From positions 39,246,001 through 39,310,000 of the forward strand of contig JBNRSN020000033.1 of assembly GCA_051313645.2 (NCBI GenBank): a DNA stretch of 64,000 nt. Reading direction: 5' to 3'. The notes below the pieces were generated by a model. It was not told the origin of the DNA, ran no database searches, and saw nothing but the letters and a program-made list of their open reading frames with translations. This stretch comes from Centroscyllium fabricii. Its lineage: Eukaryota. Each line of letters starts with the position of its first letter. The first letter of the stretch is position 1. The position numbers were made by a program, and so were the translations under genes. Positions 51,727 through 63,264 of the stretch are shown piece after piece.

Positions 51727-52291
51727 TAGGTATGTTTTGGAATTAAGTAACCAATTAAAAGAAATGATCTGACAGGCTAGGATTAGACAGGAAGAAAAGG
51801 ATGAAGATTTGGAATTATCTGCATTCCCGCATATCCCTCCAGCAGGAACTAAAGTAATGGTTAAGAATTTACCAGAAAAACGGAATTTGCTCCAAAGTGG
51901 TCAGGGCCGTATCAGATTCTGATCAGCGGAGATATATGTGCCTGCATCGATATAAAGGGCATGGGACGATGGAAGCACTGGACACAGCTAAAAGCCTTTG
52001 ACCCTCCACGAACCCAGCAATGGCGACAGCAGAGCAAATACCGTTCTCAGACAGTGAGGAATACGCTGGACAATTTGCGGAATGGAAGTGGGAATTGATA
52101 CAAGGATTCAAATTCAAATTCAAAATTCTAATTTGATTTGTCACAAGTATTAAAATACAACGAGTGCAATCTAGACAGTGAAATGCTTTCTTTACGAGCG
52201 AACGCACCGCGCAACAAAGAACACTAAGCTTGCCCGGAACCCGTAAGACGGCAGCTGCCTCACCGGCGCCATCATCTTGGTGTGGACAATA

Positions 52292-53414
52292 TGGCTGAAA
52301 AATTGGTCAGCGCACGTTTTGGGGCGCTAACCTCGGCGCAACGCTAAAATTAGCGCCGGAGCCCCCAATATTTGCTTTAGCGCCGGCCTTGCAGATTGCA
52401 GCGCTAAATCAAGCGTTAACAGCCAATATTCAGGCGCTAAGTGGCGAGCGCGGGCGCAGCGCTCCATCTGCCACTCCTGGCCTTCCCAGCAATGCTGGCG
52501 CCGGTCATCTCTTAAAGGGGGAGGGGAAACAGTCTTTGGTGTCTCCTCACCTCCCTCTGTCTCTCTCTGTATCTCTCCTCACCTCCCTCTGTCTGTCNNN
52601 NNNNNNNNNNNNNNNNNNNNNNNNNNNNNNNNNNNNNNNNNNNNNNNNNNNNNNNNNNNNNNNNNNNNNNNNNNNNNNNNNNNNNNNNNNNNNNNNNNNN
52701 NNNNNNNNNNNNNNNNNNNNNNNNNNNNNNNNNNNNNNNNNNNNNNNNNNNNNNNNNNNNNNNNNNNNNNNNNNNNNNNNNNNNNNNNNNNNNNNNNNNN
52801 NNNNNNNNNNNNNNNNNNNNNNNNNTCTGTCNNNNNNNNNNNNNNNNNNNNNNNNNNNNNNNNNNNNNNNNNNNNNNNNNNNNNNNNNNNNNNNNNNNNN
52901 NNNNNNNNNNNNNNNNNNNNNNNNNNNNNNNNNNNNNNNNNNNNNNNNNNNNNNNNNNNNNNNNNNNNNNNNNNNNNNNNNNNNNNNNNNNNNNNNNNNN
53001 NNNNNNNNNNNNNNNNNNNNNNNNNNNNNNNNNNNNNNNNNNNNNNNNNNNNNNNNNNNNTCCGATCTCCCACAAAATGGCCACCTCATGAAAGGGAGGA
53101 AGTGTCTCCCTTTAAAGAACGCCCCAGCGGCCCCACATCACCTCAGCTGCGTTTGGAAATCTGGCGTTGGCAGCGCTGGGCGTTAGTTAGGCGGCATCTC
53201 GTCAATTTTGGGTGCTGCCGTGGGGACGGGCGTTGCACCAGGATATCAGCAAGGATTCAGGCGCGCCAAGTAGCGCGTGCTAACAGTTAGCATCGGCGTC
53301 AATCGCTTGGCAAATCTTGGGCGCGGCGAAGAATTATTAGCGCCCGGCGCGAAAACCTCTACCGGCCATTTTCGGGCGCTAATCGGTCGGCGCTAGAGTG
53401 CCAATTTTTGGGCC
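52292..53414. mobile_element. MITE family B; its CT-rich tandem is N-masked (52598-53060)
   Basis: GGCTGAAAAATTGG / CCAATTTTTGGGCC TIR. Confidence 0.75.
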
Positions 53415-53843
53415 ATTTGTGTTCTAATGATCGGGTCTAGTTTGGGATGTTTACTAACATATGTATGGGATCAATCACACCGGCCCAGGGCGAGTAGACC
53501 AGAGGAGAGAATCCAGGTGATCACACTGGGGAACTGAATTAATGATGATATCTCACTTATCCACACAGGAAAGCCAATTCTGCAAGCAACAAGTAGGAGG
53601 ATAATATAATCTTTGAAATATTCATCTTTGAAATATTGTTAAACGTCTTCACACAGACACAAGACTGCAACATTTGACCCTTTGTGACTATACCTCACTG
53701 ATCTCAGACTGGTGCCTGATTAATATGTTAAAATATGTTAAAACACCTTTGTCTGCTCTGTGTGTCTCTGCTGAGGTGTGATGTTGGAGAGATTCGATTT
53801 CTCTCTCCCTTGTATATGTGCTGTCTTTAAATGAACTTCTCTT

Positions 53844-53880
53844 TCACCTGAGGAAGGAGCAGCGCTCCGAAAGCTTGTGA
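53844..53880 (+). ncRNA. Minimal hammerhead ribozyme motif (family 2) in a probable Penelope-like end (about 53590-53927)
   Basis: TCAC-CTGAGGA-A-GGAGC agc GCTCC-GAAAG-CTT-GTGA; palindrome AAGCTT. Confidence 0.8.
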
Positions 53881-53926
53881 TTTCAAATAAAACTGTTGGA
53901 CTATAACCTGGTGTTGTGTGACTTCT

Positions 53927-55030
53927 TAGATTATTTGTTAGCCAAAGAGGGAGGTGCATGTGCCCTCATAGGATCTGAATGCTGTACTTACACCCCTAAT
54001 GGTTCTGATAATATAACCAACTTAGCTAAACATATTCGTAAAGAAGTAGAAAAACTTAAACAATCTGGCACGGGCTGGGGATGGAATATGGAATAGTTGG
54101 GATCCCTTGGCACGTCATTAATATCAGGACTGACAGGGGGAGAATTTGGTCAGCTCACGTTTTGTGGCGCTGACCCGGGTGATGCGTTATTGTTGGCGCC
54201 AACGATGAGCTGGCACTAAAAATGCCGATATTGTCCACATCGTCCATTACAGGTGGGCGGGCGCAGAATCAGGCGGGCTGCCTCGCTCTCAGTGCAAGGC
54301 GGACGAATACCGGGGCTCGGGTGCCGCGCTGCACGAGTGAGGCCGCGGCGGCGGCCCGCGGAACGGCAGGCCTTCCTCCCCCATTAAAGGGGAGGGGCCT
54401 AGTGCGGCTGCGGCCGGAGCCCCGCGGGTCCGCCGAGGGAGCAGGAGGCGGAGAACGAGCCCGGCGCTGGAGGGAAGGGCCGGGCTCAGCTGACGGAGGC
54501 CTGACCCCGCCGGGGGAGCAGCGGGGGGGGGCCGGGGGAGGCCGAGGGGGAAGGTGCTGGCAGTCGGCCAGCAATAAAAATGGCCGACCGCCGCACTTCC
54601 CTTTAAGCAGCGCTCGAGCGCTGCTGTTTTTTCAGCCGGGGAAAGCTGGCGCGGGCAAGGCGGCGGGCGCTGCCCAATTTCGGCCGCGGGCGCCTCCCAG
54701 GTGCTGTGCGGCCTGATGACGTCATTCCCAATGTCCAGCTGGTGCTAAATTCGTTAGGGCGCTACCAGTTAGCGCCCAACTTAGTGCCCAGCTGAATTTA
54801 GCGCTGGACGCTATTCTTAGCGCTAATTCATTGCCGCCTGATTAGCGCCCATTTTAGGCGGTAACGGGCCGGCGCTAGAGCGTGAATTTCACGCCCGTAG
54901 TGTTGGTGATTGTAATTGTCTTGCTGCACATTGTAATATCACTAATAAGATGCTGTTGTTCTCAAATAGTGAAGCAAACTCTGCCAGCTGTACCCGGAAG
55001 GATCCGGCGAATTCACAAAACGGAAGAAGC
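53927..55030 (+). pseudogene. env: Retroviral env TM remnant (gamma-type), split by a MITE at about 54135-54897
   Basis: LDYLLAKEGGACALIGSECC (immunosuppressive domain end plus CX6CC); after the MITE, VVLVIVIVLLHIVISLIRCCC membrane anchor. Confidence 0.8.
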
Positions 55031-55185
55031 ATTGTTCATGTAAAAACGTTCGGCGCCATGTAGAAGGACTGACCTTTATGGATACAACGGAAACAAGAAA
55101 CACTGGAACCTGAATGTTGAAGAACGTAAGACGATATGGTGCCCAGGTGCAATTGTGGGATTGCCCAGGGACCACGAGGAGGGAC

Positions 55186-55671
55186 TGAAAGAGTTAAATT
55201 GTCCATTTTATGTTTCTGGAGTCATCAGACTATGGACACTGAACAAGTCAGAACTCACACGGACTTTGAGTTGTTTTCCAGAAACATCAAGGACACACTG
55301 AGGGGGGTGAAAGGATCTGTAATGGCGGTTGGACCGAGAACAATGAGACGTGTTCAATAACACCTGGAGTACAAAAGCAATTAATATAGATAAAGTTAAC
55401 AGAGTCGATGAATGAAGGGGGTGAGAACGAGATAAAATTGTAAAAGTTATGTGAAGATGGCCTATGATTAATCAAAAATAATCTGTAAATAGTATGTGTA
55501 TGTGGCTACAATCCAAAAAAACGGTAAAAAAGGCAACGCTGTAAACGAATCAACCGAGAAAGGGTCACAGGCTGCGGAGCTTTGACAGTTCTCCCAAAGC
55601 GCTTTGTTCCAAATAAAATAGTGTGCTTTTAACTATCACTGGACTGGTGAGAATTATTTTTTTCTCTTACA
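55186..55671 (+). mobile_element. ERV 3' LTR
   Basis: PPT GAGGAGGGA then TGAAAGAG...CTCTTACA, AATAAA at about 55612. Confidence 0.7.
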
Positions 55672-55798
55672 AGCTCCCTCTACACTGTCCCATCAAACAC
55701 TCCCAGGGCAGGTACAGCACGGGTTAGATACAGAGTAAAGCTCCCTCTACGCTGTCCCATCAAACACTCCCAGGGCAGGTACAGCACGGGTTAGATAC
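55672..55798. repeat. 67-bp tandem repeat, about 2 copies
   Basis: AGCTCCCTCTACACTGTCCCATCAAACACTCCCAGGGCAGGTACAGCACGGGTTAGATACAGAGTAA. Confidence 0.85.
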
Positions 55799-58700
55799 AT
55801 AGAAACATAGAAGATCGGAGCAGGAGTTGGCCATTCGGCCCCTTGAGCCTGCTCTGCCATTCAATGAGATCATGGCTGATCATTCAATTTCAGTACCCTG
55901 TCCCTGCCTTCTCCCCATATCCCTTGATCGCTTTAGCCTCAAGAAATATATCCAATACTTTCTTGAATATATTTAATAAATTAGCCTCTACTGCCTTCTG
56001 TGGTGGAGAATTCCACAGGTTCACCACTCTCTGGGTGAAGAAATTCCTCCTCATCTCTGTCCTAAATGGCTTACCCCTTATCCTTAGACAGTGACCCCTG
56101 GTTCTGGACTCACCGACCATCGGGAATATCCTTCCTGCATCTAGTCTGTCCAGTCCTGTTGGAATATCATATTGTAGAGGCATGCAGGCCTGAAGAACCA
56201 CGCTGGACACAGAGGATTCGGAAAACAATCATTTAATGTTAACACAACTATGGCCAGGTAGCAAAGAGACTGAGCCACCTGGAACCAAGGTATTTAAAGG
56301 ACCCGCGGTTGGTGACATCACTGCCGGGTGTCCACCTGGCGACGTCATCACGCCGGAAGACGCGGTGACGTCATCACGCCGCCCAGCGGGCGGGGCCATC
56401 TCGCAGTACTCCCGAGGCGGATTCGATGGTCCTGGTGGGCGTGTCGCCACACAGCTCCCCCCCAGAATCTGCGAGGGAGAGCAGAGTTTAACCTAAAGTA
56501 GAAAGGAGCATAAAGAAAAATAAAAAAATGGAGCATAAAAATTGAGTCTCAGGCGAGGCGTTGAGGTGGCCTGATGATGCGGCCAGCACGTGTCGTGCGC
56601 TGCTCCTTGTTCTGCGTGGGAGTGTGGGCGGGCTTTGGTGCGGTAGGGCGTCCGCGTTTTGGTGGCTGCGCGGGGACTGTTGTCTCGCCCGCCATTACGT
56701 GTGCCGGTTTGAGCCGGTCGATTGAGACAGTCTCAGCTCTGTTGCCCATTTTTATCTGGAACGTTTTAGGTCCCGCCCAAAGCACTCTGTACGGTCCGTC
56801 GTACGGTGGCTGTAGTGGTGTTCGATGTGCGTCGTGGCGGACAAACACATACTTGGCATTCTCGATGCCATCAGGAACACGTGCTGCCGGCTCTCCGTGC
56901 CAGGCCACCGGAAGTGGTTTGAACACCGCTGCCTGGTTATTGAACTCCTTGAGGCAGCGGTCGGCTGACCAGGGTTCGTTGGTGTCCGCGACGAACTCGC
57001 CCGGTACGGTTAGGGGTTGGCCATACACGAGTTCCGCCGCTGAGGCATGCAGGTCTTCTTTGGCCGCTGAACGCAGGCCGAGCATTACCCAGGGCAGGCG
57101 GTCGGTCCAGGTCGCGTCCTTAAGGCTGGCCCGTATTGAAGCTTTGATGGAGCGATGGAACCTCTCGCGCACAGAAAGTTGGCCCCGAGTAGGGGTATTT
57201 TGACTTGGGCTGTGATAAAGTCCCACTTGTATGTGTGGCCTGCCAGCTTGATGGTAAGCTGGCGAGTGCCGAACGTAACTATCTCGGAGCCGTTTGTGGC
57301 TTCAAGTGGTGGGCCTTGGGTGCGTTGCTTGGTTTCTGCCGGGGAGGCTGGCAATATGCTGTGCTGCGCGCCTGTGTCGCAGAGGAAGCGGAGGCCTGAG
57401 CCACTGTCCGTGACGAAGAGCAGTCCTCCAGAGCGGCCTACGGACATGGTGGGGCTTGGGCTGGTTTGGGGTTTGAAGGTGCAGGGCTGGACGCAGCGCT
57501 GCGCTTTGTTTTCAAACCTGGTGTGATAGTAGCACCAGCCGCGGCCTGTGGTGCGTGGCTTTTTACGGGTACGCACTGGCCTGGGTTCGGACTTGGGGCC
57601 GGACCTGGGGTGCGCGTAGTACTGCTCCGGTGGAGCAGTAGTGGGTTGGCACGTGGCGGCTCGGGTGCGCTCGGCCCTCATCAGCTTGTCGGCCTCCTCA
57701 GCCAGTTGCTCTTTGGTGTAGTGATCAAGGATCGTCAGAGCCGGTCTGACGGAGGGAGGCAGTTTGAGGAGGAACAAGGCGCGCTTAATGGTGGCCGGGT
57801 CACAATTGAGCGCTTCCATTTGGGCCCAGAGGTCCGATGGGTCTGCGTCCCCGAGCTCGGGGAGGTTAATGAGCTGGCAGTCGCGCTCGAATTGGGTGGG
57901 GGTGAATTTTTTTAGCAGCGCGGCCTTAAGCGATTCGTACCTGCCAGCAGTTGGTTCGTGCTGTATCAATGACCACATTCGGTCGACCGTGGTCAGTGAA
58001 AGGGCCGCGAAGAGCAGGCTGTATCGATCGTCCCCCTGTACGCCATGGATGCGGTAGGTGTTCTCTGTGCTGAGGAACCAGGCCGCTGGACGTAGTTCCC
58101 AGAACTCTGGCAAGTTTGGAATTTGCCCGTAGTTCTGGCCCAGTCTGTGGAGTCGTGCTGTTTGGCTCCCTGCTGGCATGGTGGTTGTGATTCAACTGAG
58201 GCAGCTTGGCCCTCAGTCCTGCAGCAACTGCTTCATTATGTTCCCTTGGAATTCGTTCCAAGTATCGAGGTCACCACTGTAGAGCATGCAGGCCTGAAGA
58301 ACCACGCTGGACACAGAGGATTCGGAAAACAATCATTTAATGTTAACACAACTATGGCCAGGTAGCAAAAGAGAGTGAGCCACCTGGAACCAAGGTATTT
58401 AAAGGACCCACGGTTGGTGACGTCACTGCCGGGTGTCCACCTGGCGACGTCATCACGCCGGAAGTCGCGGTGACATCATCACACCGCCCGGCGGGCTAGG
58501 CCGTCTCGCAGTACTCCCGAGGCGGATTCGATGGTCCTGGTGGGCGTGTCGCCACAATATGTGTTCAATTAGATCCCATCTCATTCTTCTGAACTCCAGT
58601 GAGTAGAAGCCCAATCGACCCAATCTCTCCTCATACGTCATTCCTGCCATCCCAGGTATCAGCCTGGTGAATCTTCGCTGCACCCCCTCCATGGCAAGAA

Positions 58701-59160
58701 CATCCTTCCTTATATAAGGAGACCAAAACTGCACAGTACTCAAGGTGTGGTCTCACCAAGACCCTGTACAACTGCAGCAGGACATCCTTGTTCCTGTACT
58801 CGAACCCTCTCGCAACGAAGGCCAACATACCATTGGCCTTCTTGACCACCTGCTGCACCTGCATGCTCACCTTCAGCGACGGGTGCACAAGGACACCCAG
58901 GTCTCGTGGCACTTCCCCTTCTCCCAATCTATTGCCATTCCGATAATAATCTGCCTTCCAGTTTTTGCCACCAAAGTGGATAACCTCGCATTTATCCAGG
59001 TTATATTGCATCTGCCACGCTTCTGCCCAATCACCCAACCTGTCCAAATCATCCTGGAGTTTCTCAGTATCCTCCTCACAGCACACACGCCCACCCAGCT
59101 TTGTGTCGTCTGCAAACTTGGCGATATTACATCTAGTTCCCTTGCTTAGATCATTAATAT
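55799..59160 (-). mobile_element. CR1 fragment interrupted by a Gypsy element
   Basis: FADD...LEYC ORF 58631-59197 and the 3' end at 55799-56168. Confidence 0.88.
56173..58556 (-). mobile_element. Internally deleted CsRn1-like Gypsy element
   Basis: LTRs 58278-58556 and 56173-56451, TSD ATAT, PBS TGGTGACCTCGA, CHCC gag and PR fused to the IN C-terminus. Confidence 0.92.
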
Positions 59161-59778
59161 ATTGCGGGGTGGGGCAACAGAGAATAAAAATGTTCATGAT
59201 GCGATGCCGTTAAATTCGGCAGTTTAAATCTTATAAAGGTTCTGTGTGCCTCCTCGCTCCCTGCCCACCTGCCCGTTAAACTCCTGCTCGAGAGGCAGCA
59301 GCAGCTGTAACGTGAAGTGACTTCTGCTTCACTACACACCTGATAAATGCACCTCTCCATTACACTATCAAAACCAACATTGAAAATTCCAAATCATTAT
59401 TTCTCTTTCTCTTGCAATTACCTTTTTTGTTGTTTCAATTTACTCTCCTTCCTTTCTGATGGCTCTCTCCAGGTCTTTGGTTAAATGGGCAGCGACAGCT
59501 CACCATCACCTCACACAACTGAATATTCTCTGCGTTTGAGCCGTGAGTTGGCAGCCTAGTCACCCGCTGGATGCATCATACTAGAGCCCAGCTTGGTCCT
59601 CGCCCATTATCCACACACAGGCACCTTCAAGCAAGGGGTCACTAACTGAGCAGTGGTCAGATGCAGGAACCCGTACTGAACTCCCCTTTCCCCAAACAAA
59701 GATGGGTACGGCAGAAAGAGATAGAAATCAATGAATGCCTGAAAGAGAGACATTACGGTCTGCCAGTGCAGAGAGACT

Positions 59779-60562
59779 GGGGGGGATTTCGCTGGAAGGG
59801 CGGGAACCTGGCGGGGATTGGTCTGGGCCACCTCCAGCCCCCCCTGCCCAAACAGCTGGGAAGGCCACGCAATATTAGTTTAATTAGGTTGTTAAATCCA
59901 CGCCGGCGGCAGCGGGAGGTAATTAGGTCAATCGAGTCGGGCTGCATCGGGGCTGCAAGGTGTTTGATTGACAGTCCCAGCACTGGTTGTTGACAGTTCC
60001 CATGGAAACACTCCACTGTGACATCAATGGGAACGGTCAAGTGCTGGTGACTGACAGGTGGGCAGGTGGGCTCAGAATTCTTGACAGCTCGGCACCGGCT
60101 GTGAGGAAATCTTCAGAGCTGAGTTTTCTCAGTCTCTGCTCACAGCTGCTGCAGCCACAGCAGAGTTACTTACTCCTCTAAGGTGCTGGAGGCATGCCAA
60201 GCATTTGGCAGCATGTCCTTCACACCTTGAAGGAGAAAATAATAACCAGCGCTGTGCTCCCGCTGGGTTTCACCTAGCTGGGTTTAAGGTGATGGGGTTA
60301 GGGTGGGAAACAGGGCAAAATGGCTGAGGGCCCTTAAAATGGCATTAAAGATGCCAATTAAGGGCCCTTAATGAGGTGACAAACCATCCCCGCCGGCCGG
60401 CGGCGGAAAGGTTTCGGGGCGGGGAATCTGGGCGGGGGAAATGAGAAAGCGGCGGGGATACGGCAGGGGGAGGGGGGGGGGGGCGTTGGGGCCTGCCGGT
60501 TCTGCTATTTTGCCGGCCGGGCTGCCAAAAGCCCCGCCTCACGGGGGCATGAAAATCCCCCC
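59779..60562. mobile_element. MITE family A (diverged)
   Basis: GGGGGGGATTTC...GAAAATCCCCCC ends and shared internal blocks. Confidence 0.7.
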
Positions 60563-60699
60563 ACGTTGTGGGGATATGTAGATTCTGTAAGTAGATCGTC
60601 TCAATACGCATGATATATTAATACTACAGTTGAATGCACTCATACCTCAGTTACAGGATCTGAGCACATCGTCTAGGCTGGTTGAGGGACATTGCAAGA

Positions 60700-61305
60700 A
60701 CTCCCTGGGAGACAGGACACTGGGAAAAGTCCGTGTTCTTCTTTGGAAAGATACCATAGGATCTTTTCCGCCAACTGAAACATGCTGCCTCAGTTTAACA
60801 TCTCGTCCAGAAGACATCTCCAACAATGCAGCACTCCCTTGGGTGAGTGTCTAAAAACACTTTGCCAATAAAGACCTGGGGACATTTCCTCAAATCCCGG
60901 CTAACTGTTATTCCTCAACTAACACCAATACAGATTAACTGATCATTCACAGAAGATAGGAGCAGGAGTAGGCCATTCGGCCCTTCGAGCCTGCACCACC
61001 ATTTTGATGAGATCATGGCTGATCATCCAAACCCAGCACCCCCCTCCTACCCTCTCCCCATATCCCCTGACACCCCCAACTCTAAGAACTATATCTCACA
61101 CACATACTCATGGGCCATTTTTAGTATCCCCAATTCACCTAACCTTTATTGTTGATTGTGGGAGCTTGCTGTGCGCAAATTGGCTGCCGCGTTTCCTACA
61201 TTACAAAAGTGACTCACTTCAAAAAGTACTTCATTGGCTGCAAAGTGCTTTGGGACGTCCCAAATTCGTGAAAGGCGCTATAGAAATGCAAGTCCTTTCT
61301 TTTAC
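60700..61305. mobile_element. Old Deu-domain SINE fragments (SacSINE/AmnSINE-like) with a V-SINE insert at about 60950-61145
   Basis: TGTGGGAGCTTGCTGTGCGCAAATTGGCTGCC...GTGAAAGGCGCTATAGAAATGCAAG; a single 33-bp-unit homologue at about 60815-60840. Confidence 0.6.
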
Positions 61306-61359
61306 TGCCAATCAGCCAGTACGTTAGTTAGATACAAAGGCACGCTGCCAGGTATTATC

Positions 61360-62080
61360 TTCTTCTTAGGCAGTCCCTCGGAACCGAGGATGACTTAGTT
61401 CTGTTGGACTCGCTGAAAATAAACAGACAGCGAGACTTTCATGGCAGCAAAGAGAAACGCGTGTTCACTTTATTACTCTCCACATGGACTGAGGGAACAG
61501 GCTTCGTCGCAGGGCTATGACCTCATCACACCAGCGACGACTCTTAAAGGGACCCTGCCCCGATAACCCAACCAAGTTCGGTACATAACGTGGAGCGATA
61601 ACAACATTGGTTATACACAGTGAATTGTTTTTCTGCTCCTATGTGGTCTCCGCCACAGTTCCACATTAAAAATGTGTTCTCAGGTGACTGATGAGTCCAA
61701 TGCGGGACCTACAGTCTCTGTCACAGGTGGGGCAGACGGTGGTTGAAGGGGCAGGTGGGTGGGGTGCTTGGGTTGACGTGCGCTCCTTCCGCTGCCCGCG
61801 CTTGGCTTCTGCTTGCTCCCGGCGAAGAGACTCGAGGTGTTTGGCGCCTTTCCCTGATGCTTCTCCTCCACTTTGTGCGGTCTTGGACCAGGGATACCCA
61901 GGTGTCGGTGGGGATGTTACACTTTTTCAAGAGGCTTTGAGGGTGTCCTTGAAGCATTTCCTCTGCCCACCATGGGGCTCTCTTGCCGTGCCGGAGCTCC
62001 GAGTAAAGCGCTTCTTTTGGGAGTCTCGTATCGGGCATGCGGACAATGTGACCCGTCCAGCGGAGCTGGTCGAGTGTGGT
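61360..62080 (-). mobile_element. RTE LINE 3' fragment containing a solo LTR
   Basis: LDQLRWTGHIVRMPDTRLPKEALYSEL. Confidence 0.85.
61402..61657 (-). mobile_element. Solo LTR
   Basis: TG...CA ends, TSD GTTC, AATAAA on minus. Confidence 0.75.
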
Positions 62081-62189
62081 TACAGCGATAATCAGTCCGT
62101 GACCAGTGGGCACAGGAGGAACTGGAGCAGATTGTAAACACCAAAAATAACAAAATGATTTAATTTGATAAGTTTCCTGTGTTTTATTT

Positions 62190-62945
62190 ATGATTGGGAT
62201 GATTGGGGAAGGGGAAGTGCAAAGAGACCTGGGTGTTATTGTGCACCAGTCGCTGAAGGTAAGCATGCAGGTGCAGCAGGCGGTGAAGAAGGCAAATGGT
62301 ATGTTGGCCTTCGTAGCGAGAGGGTTCGAGTACAGGAACAAGGATGTCCTACTGCAGTTGTACAGGGCCTTGGTGAGACCGCACTTTGAGTATTGTGTGC
62401 AGTTTTGGTCGCCTTATCTGAGGAAGGATGTTCTTGCCATGGAAGGAGTGCAGCGAAGATTCACCAGGCTGATACCTGGGATGGCAGGAATGACGTATGA
62501 GGAGAGATTGGGTCGATTGGGCTTATGCTCACTGGAGTTTAGAAGATTGAGAGGGGATCTCATTGAAACCTATAAAATTCTGTCAGGACTAGACAGACTA
62601 GATGCAGGAAGGATGTTCCCGATGACCGGGGAGTCCAGAACCAGGGGTCACAGTCTAAGGATAAGGGATAAGCCATTTAGGACTGAGATGAGGGGGAATT
62701 TCTTCATCCAGAGAGTGGAGAACATGTGGAATTCTCTGCCACAGAGGGCGGTGGAGGCCAATTTATTAAATATATTCAAGAAGTAGTTGGATATATTCCT
62801 TAAGGCTAAAAGGATCAAGGGATATGGGGAGAGGGCAGGGACAGGGTACTGAGTTTGGATGATCAGCCATGATCACATTGAATGGCAGAGCAGGCTCGAG
62901 GGGCAGAATGGCCGACTCCTGCTCCTATCTTCTATGTTTCTATGT
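62190..62945 (+). mobile_element. CR1 3' fragment
   Basis: ORF 62190-62786 and tail. Confidence 0.9.
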
Positions 62946-63264
62946 TTATTTAAAACGGAGGGACTTTTGTTAGATTCATTTTATTTTAATTGATGACACT
63001 GGAACAACCCAATGTCATCCTGCTTGGTCCAGTCGAAAGAGTAGTGGGATAATCAATAAATCACTTCATTATCTGGATTCCCCAAGAGAGAATTGGATTT
63101 GGAATTTGCCTATTGGCATCGAGATTCTCATTGTATAATCACAAACAGGCCTTCCTCTGAATCAATGCCATGAACCTTCAGAATGAAAGGCATCTCATTA
63201 GTTGTTCCTTACTTGCCTATCGACCAGATGCCAAGTCAGCGCTCAACATGTGATAATGGATTAA

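Larger units (their letters stand above)
49963..51990 (+). pseudogene. pol: ERV protease joined directly to integrase
   Basis: MLVDTGTSVS, TILGIDLL, LHHGNARTG...CQRC, IQIDFTGP, TDSDQGTHF, YHPQSSGMVERMN, KWSGPY. Confidence 0.8.
42675..55671 (+). mobile_element. Fragmented endogenous retrovirus (gag NC, PR, IN, env TM, 3' LTR) hosting many nested inserts
   Basis: Zn knuckles about 42700-42795; PR about 49963-50570; IN about 50660-51990; env TM about 53927-55030; PPT plus LTR 55186-55671. Linking the gag piece to the rest is inferred from order and strand. Confidence 0.75.

Noticed and set aside
50480-52000. Gmr1-type Gypsy with PR-IN-RT domain order
   Set aside because: No RT follows the integrase; an env TM remnant and an LTR follow instead
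52598-53060. Long ORFs across the N run
   Set aside because: Artefact of undetermined or masked bases in a CT-rich tandem like 47680-48000
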